Below are positions 47,598 through 58,500 of a stretch of DNA of 64,000 nucleotides, piece by piece. The notes beneath the pieces are model-generated. The model worked only from the letters and a program-made list of their open reading frames with translations. It did no database searches and was not told the origin of the DNA. Origin of the DNA: a virus; the IMG/VR virus record IMGVR_UViG_3300036785_000488, positions 1 through 64,000 of that record; one strand, 5' to 3'. The translations under genes were made by a program, and so were the position numbers. Every line of letters starts with the position of its first letter. The stretch's first letter is position 1.

Positions 47598-49261
47598 ACA
47601 CAGTGATCCCCGGCAACGAGTACTGCTTGGTGCGGCAGATCGCCATCGCCAACTATCCAGGAGCCAAGTGGCTCCCGACGATGTTCGGACAGACCGGAGC
47701 GCCGCCCGCAGTACCGGACGATCTCCTCTACGTCACAACGCAACCGGACACAACCGACTGGCCGTTCGACTCCACCCATTTCACTTGTTTCATGCCGACA
47801 TGGAGTAACGACTTCCCGATGGACTGTTACGTCACGGCGATCTGGTTGATGCCCGACAAGTACGGGAGCCAGGATCCGAACGACACTCAGTTCACCGACA
47901 TACCAGGCACCTTCACCTGGACCGGCAACAACCTGCCACCTCCACCCATTCCGGTTGAGTTCACCATCGTCGGTCATCTTCCAGCCACCGGAGGAACCGT
48001 CACACTCGTAGCGCAGACAAACGACTTCACACAAGTAACGGGGTCCATCGGCTGGGGTGCTGGATCCACCAGTGGAGGAGCATTGTCGTGGGCGCTCATT
48101 GACCCTTGGGACATCTCGGCCACCTTTGATGACTTCACACAGTTCGGATTCGACACCGGAACGACGGTGACCATCTATCTCTACGACCAGTACAACCAAG
48201 AGATCGGTCAGCAAGACACGGTGTTGTCCTATGGAACCCTCCCAGGAACAGTCACGTTGGCGGCGACATCATCCCTGACGTTGGCAACGACAACAACGCC
48301 GGGACCAAAGGTGACGATGGCTGCGTCAGCCGGTCTCATGATGGCTGCGACAACAGCGCCACCACCCCCTATCTTCACGGCGACACCGACGACGATGCCG
48401 ATGGGCGGCGGCACGATGACACTGACAGCAACAGGCGGGAACGACTTCAATGCGGTGAACTGGGTCGGCTACAGCAGTACCCCCGACGACACCGGATCAA
48501 AGGGAGCCATGGTGTCGTGGCAGTACATCGACACAACACACATCACTTGCGTCCTACCGAACCTCGGTTACACCACGACACTGTGGGTGGAGGTGGAGGG
48601 TCTCGGTTGGAACGAGGCGTTCTCAGTAAACCAGGTGGCAGTGACAAGTGATGCGGTCAAACTGAGTTCCATCTCACCAACCATCGGTCAGGAAGGCGAC
48701 GCCCTCACACTCACCGGTACCGGGTTTCTCAGCTTGCCACTCGATGCTGGTGGCAAGCCGCTCGTCTACTTCCTATCCGGTTACGGCTATCCAGAGACCA
48801 GTCCGGATGATGTGACCGTAGTCGAGGTCAACGACACCACGATCACATGCATAATCCCGTATCTGGATCCGTTCTACGACACACCGAACACCTATTACGT
48901 CGGCCTGCTATCCGCTCAGTGGGATGGTGTTGGACCGCCACCGGTTATTCCTTCTCCACAGCCACTGATACCAACTGCCTTCACGGTCTCACCGACGACG
49001 ATGTCCGCTGCTGCTGGCGGCACGTTCACTCTCAGCGCAAACCTAAACGTAGGCAACTTCACTCAGGTCACCGACGTGCAGTGGATCGGCGTTTCAGTGT
49101 CGGGTGAGGGTGCACCGTCGAACTGGACGCTCGTCAACCCAACGACGATCACAGCGTCGTTCAATAACTTGCACATCCTCAGCCCAGGAGCCGTGATCGC
49201 TCTCCAAGTAACGATCAGCGGTCAAACGATTATTGGTGAGCCGTACGTGATACTGACGTAG
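47594..49261 (+). CDS. Thr-rich multi-Ig (IPT/TIG-like) virion protein
   Basis: LSSISPTIGQEGDALTLTGTGF; repeated GGTxTL...NDF segments. Confidence 0.75.
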   Translation: MNTVIPGNEYCLVRQIAIANYPGAKWLPTMFGQTGAPPAVPDDLLYVTTQPDTTDWPFDSTHFTCFMPTWSNDFPMDCYVTAIWLMPDKYGSQDPNDTQFTDIPGTFTWTGNNLPPPPIPVEFTIVGHLPATGGTVTLVAQTNDFTQVTGSIGWGAGSTSGGALSWALIDPWDISATFDDFTQFGFDTGTTVTIYLYDQYNQEIGQQDTVLSYGTLPGTVTLAATSSLTLATTTTPGPKVTMAASAGLMMAATTAPPPPIFTATPTTMPMGGGTMTLTATGGNDFNAVNWVGYSSTPDDTGSKGAMVSWQYIDTTHITCVLPNLGYTTTLWVEVEGLGWNEAFSVNQVAVTSDAVKLSSISPTIGQEGDALTLTGTGFLSLPLDAGGKPLVYFLSGYGYPETSPDDVTVVEVNDTTITCIIPYLDPFYDTPNTYYVGLLSAQWDGVGPPPVIPSPQPLIPTAFTVSPTTMSAAAGGTFTLSANLNVGNFTQVTDVQWIGVSVSGEGAPSNWTLVNPTTITASFNNLHILSPGAVIALQVTISGQTIIGEPYVILT

Positions 49262-49270
49262 TCTCTGGGT

Positions 49271-50536
49271 ATGCCCCGCTTCAGTGTCTTCACCCCCAGC
49301 CACCGCCCCCAGTACCTAGACGAGTGCCTCGACAGTCTCCGACAGCAGACCGAGCAGGACTGGGAATGGGTGGTGATACTCGACGGGACGGTGTGGCGTC
49401 CCCCCTATACCGACCAACGAATCCGGGTGATGCGCGCACCGGGCAATGTCGAGGGAGTCGGGGCGCTCAAGCGACTGGCGTGTGAGGAGGCACACGGTGA
49501 GATCCTGGTCGAGCTGGATCACGACGACATCCTGGCTTCCTCAGCTCTAGAGGACATCGGAACGGCGTTCAACAATGAACCCGATGTCTCGCTGGTGTAC
49601 AGCCACACCGCACAGATCAGCCCAGACGGCACCCGTGACGACTCACGCTTTGACGAAGCACACGGCTGGGTCTACGAGGACATGACTGTCGATGAGCTAG
49701 AGGTGCTGTGCTTCAAGGCGATGAACCCGACTCCGCACAACGTCAGCTACATCTGGTACGCCCCCAACCATGTGCGCGCCTTCCGCAAGAGTGCGTACGA
49801 GAAGGCGGGCGGCTACGACGCCGACCGGCGTGTACTAGACGACCAAGACCTCATGTGTCGGCTGTATCAGGTCGGGCCGTTCAAGCTGATCGACAAGTGC
49901 TTGTACCTCCAGCGGATCCATCCGACGAACACGCAGAGCGAACCGGACACCAACGCCTTCATCCAAGAGGAGACCGTGCGGCTCTACGACCTCTACATGG
50001 AGGCCAACTGCCTCGCCTGGGCGAAGCACTGGGGCCTCGCTGCACTGGACCTGGGGGCGGCACACAACCACCCCGACGGATACCTCGGTGTCGACAAGGT
50101 GCGCGGACCCGACACCGACATCGTGGCTCAGTTGCCGTGTGGATTGAGCGAAATACCAAGCAGTTCCGTTGGCGTCATCCGTGCCGTCGATTTTCTTGAG
50201 CACGTAGGCGAGAAGGTGGCTCTGATGAACGAGATCTACCGACTCCTCGCCCCAGGTGGACTGCTGCTGTCACAGACACCGAGCACCGATGGCCGGGGCG
50301 CATTCCAGGACCCGACACACGTCAGCTTCTGGAACGAGAACTCCTTCTGGTATTACACCGACCTCAACTACCGGAACTTCGTCCCCGAGATCGAGGCCAG
50401 ATTTCAGACCTCCCGACTGGTGACATATTTCCCCACTGAGTGGCACCAGGAGCACGACATCTCCTACGTAGCGGCGAATTTGATCGCGCTGAAGGATCCA
50501 ATGCCCCGCAACGGCGGGCAGATTTTCTGGGGTTAG
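49271..50536 (+). CDS. GT2 glycosyltransferase fused to class I methyltransferase
   Basis: SVFTPSH, ELDHDD, GGYD; LDLGA, DFLEH, RLLAPGG, AFQDPTHVSFW. Confidence 0.9.
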   Translation: MPRFSVFTPSHRPQYLDECLDSLRQQTEQDWEWVVILDGTVWRPPYTDQRIRVMRAPGNVEGVGALKRLACEEAHGEILVELDHDDILASSALEDIGTAFNNEPDVSLVYSHTAQISPDGTRDDSRFDEAHGWVYEDMTVDELEVLCFKAMNPTPHNVSYIWYAPNHVRAFRKSAYEKAGGYDADRRVLDDQDLMCRLYQVGPFKLIDKCLYLQRIHPTNTQSEPDTNAFIQEETVRLYDLYMEANCLAWAKHWGLAALDLGAAHNHPDGYLGVDKVRGPDTDIVAQLPCGLSEIPSSSVGVIRAVDFLEHVGEKVALMNEIYRLLAPGGLLLSQTPSTDGRGAFQDPTHVSFWNENSFWYYTDLNYRNFVPEIEARFQTSRLVTYFPTEWHQEHDISYVAANLIALKDPMPRNGGQIFWG

Positions 50537-50760
50537 CCCCAGGAGCTGACGGGCACGCCACCTTCTGATCCAGTCGTCTGAGGGGTCGTGGCGTCGTTGA
50601 AATCACGCACCGCATTTCTGACTGGCTTGGTCACGACCTCGGCACCGTGGGCGACGCTCGCGGCCCGACCGATCCCTCCCAGAGTCCCGGCAAGACCACC
50701 GGCCTCACCAGCCTCGGCACCGATGCCCAGGATCTCGGGTAACGCTGCAAGAAATACCAT
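50533..50760 (-). CDS. Small Gly/Ala-rich protein, leaderless
   Basis: TACTCT lies 6 nt before the ATG; starts MVFLAALPEILG. Confidence 0.5.
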   Translation of the reverse strand: MVFLAALPEILGIGAEAGEAGGLAGTLGGIGRAASVAHGAEVVTKPVRNAVRDFNDATTPQTTGSEGGVPVSSWG

Positions 50761-50817
50761 GCCCCGAGAGTACCGGGTGGCCCAGGTTGGCCCCTGCCAC
50801 CGGGTAAGACTTTGGGC

Positions 50818-51330
50818 ATGCCTGAAGACACAGATGACACATATGAGGCGTTTACCGTCGAGGAGCTGCGCGAGGAACTCCGAGCCAGGGATCTCCACAC
50901 GTCTGGCAACAAGGACGAGTTGATCACCAGGCTGGAGGAAGACGACGCTGCTGCCGAGGGGGGCGAAGCCGGAGCCACCGAGACCTCCACCGAACTCGCT
51001 GAGGTCGAGCAGACCGACGAAGAGGAGGCCCCGCTCATCGATCCGCCCAGGGTGTACAGCCCCTACGAGCTGCCGTCGAACACCGCAGCCGCCCAGGCGT
51101 TCGTCGCCGCCCACCCTGACGCTGTCGACCCCGAGTTGGTCCTCGACCCGCCTGAGCGCCACGAAATGGCCCAGGCCAACATCCAGGACCACGTCGACCA
51201 GATGGCCGAACTGGGCGTGACGGTCGAAGACGTTCGCCTGGAGGGGTACACGCCCCCGCCACCACCTCCTGAGGAGGAGCCTGCCGCCGTACAGACCGAG
51301 ACTGAGGAGGAACAACCCAGTGCCGTATAA
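50818..51330 (+). CDS. SAP-domain protein plus PYELP module
   Basis: FTVEELREELRARDLHTSGNKDELITRL (SAP); YSPYELP. Confidence 0.8.
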   Translation: MPEDTDDTYEAFTVEELREELRARDLHTSGNKDELITRLEEDDAAAEGGEAGATETSTELAEVEQTDEEEAPLIDPPRVYSPYELPSNTAAAQAFVAAHPDAVDPELVLDPPERHEMAQANIQDHVDQMAELGVTVEDVRLEGYTPPPPPPEEEPAAVQTETEEEQPSAV

Positions 51331-51919
51331 CCCGCTCGCCAACCCGTACATCATCAATCCAAGAGAGCTGCCCGCCAACCAGACAGCGGCGGCAGCGGTT
51401 CCGGCCTGGAACATCGGCACGGCGAACCAATGGTGCCAGTCACCGTTCACCACACCGAACTGGAGCGATGAATCCCAGCCGGTGGGATCGGTTGCCGCAC
51501 AGTCGAAGAGTCCAAGCTCTGTGCCTTCGGTGAACGATCCGGACGCTGTTGTTGCCGCCCGTGACGTGAACGCACAGAACAACCTCGCCGCTGAGAAAAC
51601 ACGGCAGACAGCGATCCAGACAGCGGCGACGAACGCCATCACCGCCATCAACAACTTGACCGGCGGCGCACCTGGTGTCTTCTCGGTCAACCCGGCGTCT
51701 GTTGTCCACGGTGTCGCCACACCCGTCACGATCATGGGTTCTGGTTTCACCGGGGCGAGCAGCGTCACCATCGGCGTGGCCTGCACAGGCGTCACCGTCG
51801 TCAACGACGGCGAGATCACCTGCACCACCGCAGCCACGACAGTGGCCGGGACGTTCAACGTCGTGGTCGTGGCGACGGGTGGCACCGGTACCGGCGTGGG
51901 ATTGATGACGTATACGTGA
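51320..51919 (+). CDS. IPT/TIG-domain virion protein
   Basis: FSVNPAS...VTIMGSGFTGASSVTIG...VVNDGEITCT. Confidence 0.8.
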   Translation: MPYNPLANPYIINPRELPANQTAAAAVPAWNIGTANQWCQSPFTTPNWSDESQPVGSVAAQSKSPSSVPSVNDPDAVVAARDVNAQNNLAAEKTRQTAIQTAATNAITAINNLTGGAPGVFSVNPASVVHGVATPVTIMGSGFTGASSVTIGVACTGVTVVNDGEITCTTAATTVAGTFNVVVVATGGTGTGVGLMTYT

Positions 51920-52203
51920 GCGTCCAGCGCGGTGTCACGACACCGCAGCAAATCCCTATGTCACCTCGACGCTTCCTGATCGACGGCAGTCCCCCACCGT
52001 GTTATCGCGACCGGTGGGGGGACTGGCAGTGCGGGCACAATCACGATGAGCTAGACCTTGTGCCGCTCCAGGACATCTACCACTGGGTGGAAGGCTGGAC
52101 AACACAGAGAGAGGAAGGAACGCCTATCGAGATTCAATAGGGTTCGGGTCGCTGACACAGACCTGTTCCCGCTCCGCAAGTCGCCTCGCAAAAAAGGAGA
52201 CCC

Positions 52204-52836
52204 ATGAAGCGACGAACAAGCCTGACATTTTTTATCGGGTGTGCCGCACTCTGCGGCACTTTTCTTTTATTGACCAGCAGTACCGGCGAAGAGGAGATCA
52301 AGGGCGTCAGCCCTCGGTTGGTTCCGGCCAGTGGTACTCCCCCGAGAGTTGTCCATACGCCGGTCGGCAGGGTGACCGACACCCTCGTACCGACCAGCGC
52401 ACAGACCTCCCGGACGCAGCTACCACATCCGAATCTGATTCACGACATGAATCAGGTCATCACTATCGCGCCAGCGCCAACGCCTGTGCCGCCACCGGCA
52501 GCCCCTGTGGCCGCACCAGCACCGCCGCCGCCTCCTCCCGCTCCAATACCCACCACCACTACCACGACACAGCCGCCTGCTCCAGCAGCGCCCGTTGTCA
52601 ACGACGGTGGCTGGCAGCAGGTGGCGATCTGCGAGGAGGGCGGGTCGAACAGCCCGACCTACGGCTACTTCGGCATCATGCCGTCAAGCTGGGCTGCCTA
52701 CGGTGGCACGGCGTACTCAGCGACGGCAGGCGGGTCAAGCTGGGCTACCCAGGTGATGATTGGTGACAAGATCAATGGAGGCAACGCCCCCTACGCACCT
52801 TCCGGGTGCGCTGCCGCGGGCTACGGGGGCTGGTGA
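52204..52836 (+). CDS. Secreted Rpf-like lytic transglycosylase
   Basis: Signal peptide, Pro/Thr linker, WQQVAICEEGG...PSSWAAYGGTAY. Confidence 0.75.
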   Translation: MKRRTSLTFFIGCAALCGTFLLLTSSTGEEEIKGVSPRLVPASGTPPRVVHTPVGRVTDTLVPTSAQTSRTQLPHPNLIHDMNQVITIAPAPTPVPPPAAPVAAPAPPPPPPAPIPTTTTTTQPPAPAAPVVNDGGWQQVAICEEGGSNSPTYGYFGIMPSSWAAYGGTAYSATAGGSSWATQVMIGDKINGGNAPYAPSGCAAAGYGGW

Positions 52837-52975
52837 CGTAAGCTGTCGATGTCCATTGAGTGTGGGCATCTCGCTTGTGGAGTGGCCCCCTGGTTGTCAG
52901 CCAGCCAGGGGGTCGCTTCGCGAATACCGGGTCAGTCTGGAGGGGGAATCAAGAGACTGACCCGGCCCTTGAATT

Positions 52976-53251
52976 CTACTGAGCCTTCTCAGGCTCCCCT
53001 TGATGCTGGAGCTGATGGGCGATCTGGGCCTGGAAGCTCAAGATGGCCTCGGCTGTCTTGATCGCCTGGTAGTCGGCCAGGGCATTCGCCAGGGCGGGGT
53101 ACACGTCCGCTGAAGTGGCGAGCCGCTGGGCCGTGAAGCGGGCCTCAGGATCGAGCACGACCCGACTCTGGCCGTTCTGGTCGAGCACCACGATGAAGAG
53201 GCACTGGACCTCGTGGCCCTGCTGTGCTTCGTTGCCGTTCGTCTCGGTCAA
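52976..53251 (-). CDS. Hypothetical protein
   Basis: RBS GGAGGA. Confidence 0.65.
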   Translation of the reverse strand: MTETNGNEAQQGHEVQCLFIVVLDQNGQSRVVLDPEARFTAQRLATSADVYPALANALADYQAIKTAEAILSFQAQIAHQLQHQGEPEKAQ

Positions 53252-53643
53252 TCTGTCCTCCTACGACACCTCAGACGGTTGCACTCCCGGCACTCCCGGC
53301 GTCCGTGGTGGATGAGCGCGTCTTCCAGGCTGTGACCGTGCTTGCAGTGAGTCTTCGACCCCAGCGCCCCTCTCCGAACGTTCTCACGGCGGGTGACCGG
53401 CTCCAGGTGATCAGGACGGCAACAAGCCCTGTTCCGGCACAGGTGATCCAGCTCCAGGCCATCCGGCACCGGCTGTACTAGCAGCTCGTAGAGAACCACA
53501 TGAGCAAGGAGATCCTTCCCAAGGTGATTGAGGTGACCATAACCATTGGGGTACCTAGCGGCAGTCCAGGGCCAGCAGTCGTCAGCGACGAGGAACTTGT
53601 CCTCCAGTCGCTCAAGAAGTGATTTGGCATCACTCCTAGTCAA
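53248..53643 (-). CDS. HNH homing endonuclease
   Basis: CWPWT...GYG...AH...LDHLCRNRACCRPDHLEPVT..EN...THCKHGH. Confidence 0.88.
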   Translation of the reverse strand: MTRSDAKSLLERLEDKFLVADDCWPWTAARYPNGYGHLNHLGKDLLAHVVLYELLVQPVPDGLELDHLCRNRACCRPDHLEPVTRRENVRRGALGSKTHCKHGHSLEDALIHHGRRECRECNRLRCRRRTD

Positions 53644-54199
53644 CCTCGCCTGGCTCCTTTTTGTACATGCCTTTTCTGTGTCGGATCTCGGTGACCACAG
53701 TACTCGTCACGACGCAGAAATCGCAGAGATAGACCTCCTGGCCCTTCCAGCTTTCGGGAGTGAGTCGCTTGCGATCAGCTCGCCAGTCGATGCAGTCGGT
53801 GCCCTTGGGTCGACGGTGCAGGTTGTAGCACTTCCCGGCATCCTCTTTGTACGTGTCCTTGGTGGCGTAGAACTCGGGGTGGAAGCCGGTCCAACGCTCC
53901 CTCAGACCCTTGAGGATCTCGTCACGGTGGCCCTCCCAGAAGGTGTGCGGACCCCGGATCGTGGAGCGCCCCACGCGCTTGCCCTGGGCGTTGACCGCAT
54001 CCTTCTCACCACAATGACAGGGGTCCTCCGGCGCGACGAGGAGAGCTGCCGAGTCAGACTTGACGTTCCCGTGCTTCTGGACGTGACGCCGCACGAGCTG
54101 GTCGAGGATCGGGTCCTGAGCCTCAAGCTCCTTGGGGCCGTCGTAGAGCGGCAGCTCCTCGATGGTCTGACACTCTCTACATACAAGAAGCCGAGGCAC
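53636..54199 (-). CDS. Cys-rich conserved-type phage protein
   Basis: LLVCREC...KCYNLHRRP..C...YLCDFCVV. Confidence 0.75.
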   Translation of the reverse strand: MPRLLVCRECQTIEELPLYDGPKELEAQDPILDQLVRRHVQKHGNVKSDSAALLVAPEDPCHCGEKDAVNAQGKRVGRSTIRGPHTFWEGHRDEILKGLRERWTGFHPEFYATKDTYKEDAGKCYNLHRRPKGTDCIDWRADRKRLTPESWKGQEVYLCDFCVVTSTVVTEIRHRKGMYKKEPGEVD

Positions 54200-55069
54200 T
54201 ACCGGCAGTAGCGTCCATCCGGTGTTCTCTTCTCACCGCCGTCGATGCCAGCCTCAAACACGCCGTACCCGTTGCCGCCCCGATTCAGGTTGCGCCGGTC
54301 GGCCAACTGGAGGAGGTGGTCAGGGTCGGGGTAGTTGGAGCGGTCGATGCAGATGCGCTTGTAGGTCCCGTCGACCGTCCCCTCAAGCAGCTCAGATTCC
54401 ATCGAGCGGTCCTTGATTGCCGTCATGGCTCTCCTTTAGACCTGGACAGGCTGGCCCTGATCGGACCCCTGCGTGGTCATGGTCGCGCTGTCGTCGTAGT
54501 CCTTCGCCGCCTTCTGCTGGTTCTCCCAGCGTCTGATCAGTCCACTAGCGACCACAGGACCAGCGTCAGCGGCGATGCTGGTGGCGGCTCTGAAACCAGG
54601 CACGTACGCCTGGAAGCCCCCCCAGTGACCGATCTGCACACCACCAGTACTGACCGGCTGAGGCCCTTGCTGCTCTGCCATGGCGACTCTCCTACCAGAC
54701 GTCTTCCACGCCCACGTTACGCGCCGAGGACTGTGCGCCTGCGACACCCCCGGACAGCTCGTAGCGAGCGTTGGGGTAGAACCGGTCGACTTTGAAGGCC
54801 ATGTCGATACCGGGCTGGCGGTCGGGGTAGTCGGGGTAGCCGAACCGGGGCGGGAAGGGGATGATCTGGGGGAGCGGGGGGCGCACCGTGGCCTGGATGA
54901 CGTCGCCTGGAATCGTGGCCGTCATGAGCGAGGCCGTGACCAGAGCCTCCTGGGAGGCGTAGGTTGGGCCAGCCTCGTAGTAGACGTCGCCGCTCGATAT
55001 TTGCTCCTGGTTGTCCGGTGGGATCACCGGCATGTACGGCTGGTTGCCGAGGGTCCTCCGAGGAGCCAT
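54199..55069 (-). CDS. Three small virion-region genes (54199-54426, 54436-54681, 54692-55069)
   Basis: Tight spacing; AGGAG RBS before the two downstream genes. Confidence 0.65.
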
Positions 55070-55085
55070 GCTCAATTATGCCCCG

Positions 55086-55586
55086 CTACGCGATCTGGAT
55101 TGCGACGTAGCCGGTTCCAATCGCCCCGCCAACGACACCACGCCTGAGGTATCCGCTCGATCCCCCCACTCCAATAGCCTGGAGAGCAAGCGCCCCAGGA
55201 GCCGTGATGTTTGCGAAGCATGTAAACGACAGGGGGTAGGTATTCGCTGCGATCTGACCAGCCGCGCCCCACAATATCTGCGTACCGGTGGGACCAGAGA
55301 AAGAACCCGCAGCAGTCCCGATGACAACCTGGACAGTAAGGGATGAGTTTTGGCCCAAAGGCATATATCCCTGACCGGTGAAGGTGACCATCCACAGACC
55401 TACCGCCAGTGAGCCGGTCGAGAGAAAGGTCTGCATTGCTGTTGTTACGTTGAAGTCGGCACCGATAACGCCCGCCACCTGATTTATCCCTATCCCTGGC
55501 GGTCCCTGAGGCCCGGCGGGACCGGGGACACCAGTCACAGCAACGTAAGCACTCGTTCCTACATCCCAATACTTGAGAACAGCCAT
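55086..55586 (-). CDS. Short collagen-motif fibre tip/accessory protein
   Basis: VLKYWD, GVPGPAGPQGPPG, then a beta-rich head. Confidence 0.75.
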   Translation of the reverse strand: MAVLKYWDVGTSAYVAVTGVPGPAGPQGPPGIGINQVAGVIGADFNVTTAMQTFLSTGSLAVGLWMVTFTGQGYMPLGQNSSLTVQVVIGTAAGSFSGPTGTQILWGAAGQIAANTYPLSFTCFANITAPGALALQAIGVGGSSGYLRRGVVGGAIGTGYVAIQIA

Positions 55587-58500
55587 TAGCCCGTCCCTAA
55601 GTAATCCACGAATACGAATGTGATGTTACGGCCAGTTTGCCCAGCCCAAGCCGCAGAAGCCGAGCTTGCTATCCGAAACTGATCACCGGCATTAGCTCTC
55701 ACACTCTGATTGACTACGTGTGAGACCCCTCCTCCGCTATTAGTGTTTGAAATGGTGTATTGCTGAAAAATAGTGGCTCCGTTCCCCGACTCCATGTTAA
55801 GCCATCCTTGTTGAGCTGCCCCCGTCGTAACACCACGTACTTGTGCTCCGATACGCCAAACTCCTGCTATAGGTGCCGTGATCAAACCGTTGGCGATGTT
55901 GTAAAGGTTGTAGTCGTCGTACACCTCAGTGTCGAAGGTGACTAAGCCATTGGTGGTGGGCCACGTAAAAGCGGCGTTGCGGTAAGCACTGGCATGTAAA
56001 ACATCGCGAGCCTTTTTCCACGCACCACCGTTCAAAGACACCCAGACCTCACCTGATGTGTCCGTGAAGAAGTTGACCCCGGAGGGTGGCGGTACTTGTG
56101 GCGGAATGTATGGAACGCTCCCCGGTGTCGGTGTGCTGGTATCAACCCAGAGCAAACCTGCGGGCGGGGCGATGGTCGGTGCGTTCGACGGTGGTGCAGT
56201 CGAGGCCACCTCTGCGTAGGCCACTGATGTAGCAAGAGGCCAAGGAAGATTCGCTATCCAGTTCGGTGAGATCAACAACGCATTGTTGGCCCATGCCGTA
56301 GTGGGCATGGCGCTCTGATTCGCGATGTAAGCACCAGTGCCGAAGAGAAGCGTGACGTGACCACCAGGAGAGTTGACGTTTGACGCCTGAGTTTGAATGC
56401 CAACCGTGGCACCCGCCGGGGAGGATGGACTCCAAATCGTGAACATATACGGATGATTTGCCAACACGTTGATCGGAGTCTGGAGTGTGATCGTGTTCCA
56501 CGCACCAGGCGTCACCGATGCCGGGTTACCTACTGCAAGCTGAGTGGTAGTTGCCGGGTCCCACACCTGTACTTGCCAGCCAGCCGTTGTCAAACCACCA
56601 GTGTTTGCAGCATCGCAATACCAGTCGACACTGCTCACCCAACCAGCAGTACTGAACTGAAACCGAAGTCCGATGTTGTAGCCCGATAGCTGCTGGCCGG
56701 AACCCTCTGTCAGATGGATGTTGTCAGCCGCTGCTGCAACACCTTTGGGGCCGTAAAGCAGGTCGTTCTGGGTATTTAAGTAGAAATCACCCGTTACTCC
56801 CTGATTGGCTGGTAACCCCGCTCCGCTCCAGACCGTGCCACCACCACTACCCGAAGATCCCTGGGCACCCTGTGCTCCTGCTGCTCCTTGCGCGCCAGCG
56901 GCTCCCTGAGCACCAACATTGCCTGCGATGCCAAGAGTCCAAGCGGCATACGTTCCGCTGCCTGCCACGGTGTCGATGTTGATCGTGAGCGAGGTGCCTG
57001 AATATGCCGTAACGGCACCTTCCATGTAGTTGGTCGGCGTGGTCGTATAAGCGGCACGTACACGCGCACCGACCCCATAAGCGAGACCGGCTTGAGTTAC
57101 GAAGACTTTTGATCCGACGCCAATCGCGAAAGAAGTTGCCGATGTAGCGGTGTAACCCGCACCTTGTGCGCCTTGCGCTCCTGTCGTCCCCTGAGCACCT
57201 GCTGCGCCTTGAGGACCCGTACTACCGGTTGCTCCAGCCGCACCCTGTGCTCCTGTTGTTCCTGGAGCACCGGTCGCGCCTTGTGCGCCTTGTGCTCCTG
57301 TCCCCGTCGCTCCTTGCGGACCTTGCGGTCCCGTGCTACCCGCAGCACCAGTAGCGCCCTGAGGCCCTGCACCCCCAGTCGCTCCTGTTGCGCCTTGCGG
57401 ACCTGCCACACCAGTCGCACCGGTAACACCTTGTGTACCTTGTGGTCCCTGTGCTCCTGTCCCTGTTGCACCTTGAGTACCTGTTGCTCCTTGCGCTCCT
57501 GTCGAACCTTGGGCACCAGTTGCTCCCTGCGCTCCCGCTGCTCCTTGCGTCCCCTGTGGGCCGCGCAGCGTCGTGATGTACGTCACCGTCACCGAGGTCT
57601 GTGACTGCACCGAGGTCACGTTGCCGTAGAAGCCCAACGAGTTGGCGTTGGTCGACATCACGTTGTCGCCAACCTTGATCGTGCGACCGGCGACAGCAGT
57701 GGGCACGATGGCTGCGGTGGTACCCGAGCCGTTCATCTGCGTGACGGTGGTCCAGTTGTCCAGGCCCTCTAGACCCTGCGGTCCTTGTGCTCCAGCGGCT
57801 CCCTGCGCGCCCGCCGCCCCTTGTGCCCCAGCAGCACCTTGAGCACCAACAGAACCCTGGGCACCCGTCGCTCCTTGAGCACCAGTACCCGTCGCACCCT
57901 GAGCACCTTGCGGACCCGTACCGCCGGTAGCTCCCGTCGATCCCTGCGGACCTATACTGCCAGTCGCTCCGACTGCGCCCTGCGCTCCTTGAGCACCCTG
58001 CGCTCCTGTACCGGTCGCGCCCTGAAAACCTTGCGGGCCTTGAGCACCCGTCGAACCGGGAGCACCGGCTGCACCTTGTGCCCCAGCAGCACCTTGTGGT
58101 CCGGTAACGCTTGCGCCTTGAGCGCCCTGAGGCCCAGTGCTACCAGTCGCACCAGTTGCACCCTGAGGTCCAGCGCCACCAGTGGCACCGGTTACGCCTT
58201 GAGTACCCGTCGCTCCTTGCGCTCCTTGCGCTCCTGTACCTGTGACTCCCTGGGGACCTTGAGCACCCGTTGCGCCCTGCGTGCCCTGAAGACCCTGAGG
58301 GCCTTGGACTCCAACCTGGCCCGCGATCCCAATGTTCCATGAGACAAAGGTGCCGGTACCCATGGTCGTGTCGACATTGATCGTCAGCGTCGTACCCGAG
58401 TACGCCGTGACGGCACCCTCCATCCAGACAATCGCTGTATTGCTCGCGCGTGCTCGATCACCGACCAAGTACGCCAGTCCAGCTTGCGTCGTGAACGTCT

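Noticed and set aside
52140-52203. c-di-AMP (ydaO) riboswitch upstream of the Rpf-like gene
   Set aside because: The interval is only about 60 nt and lacks the consensus elements.
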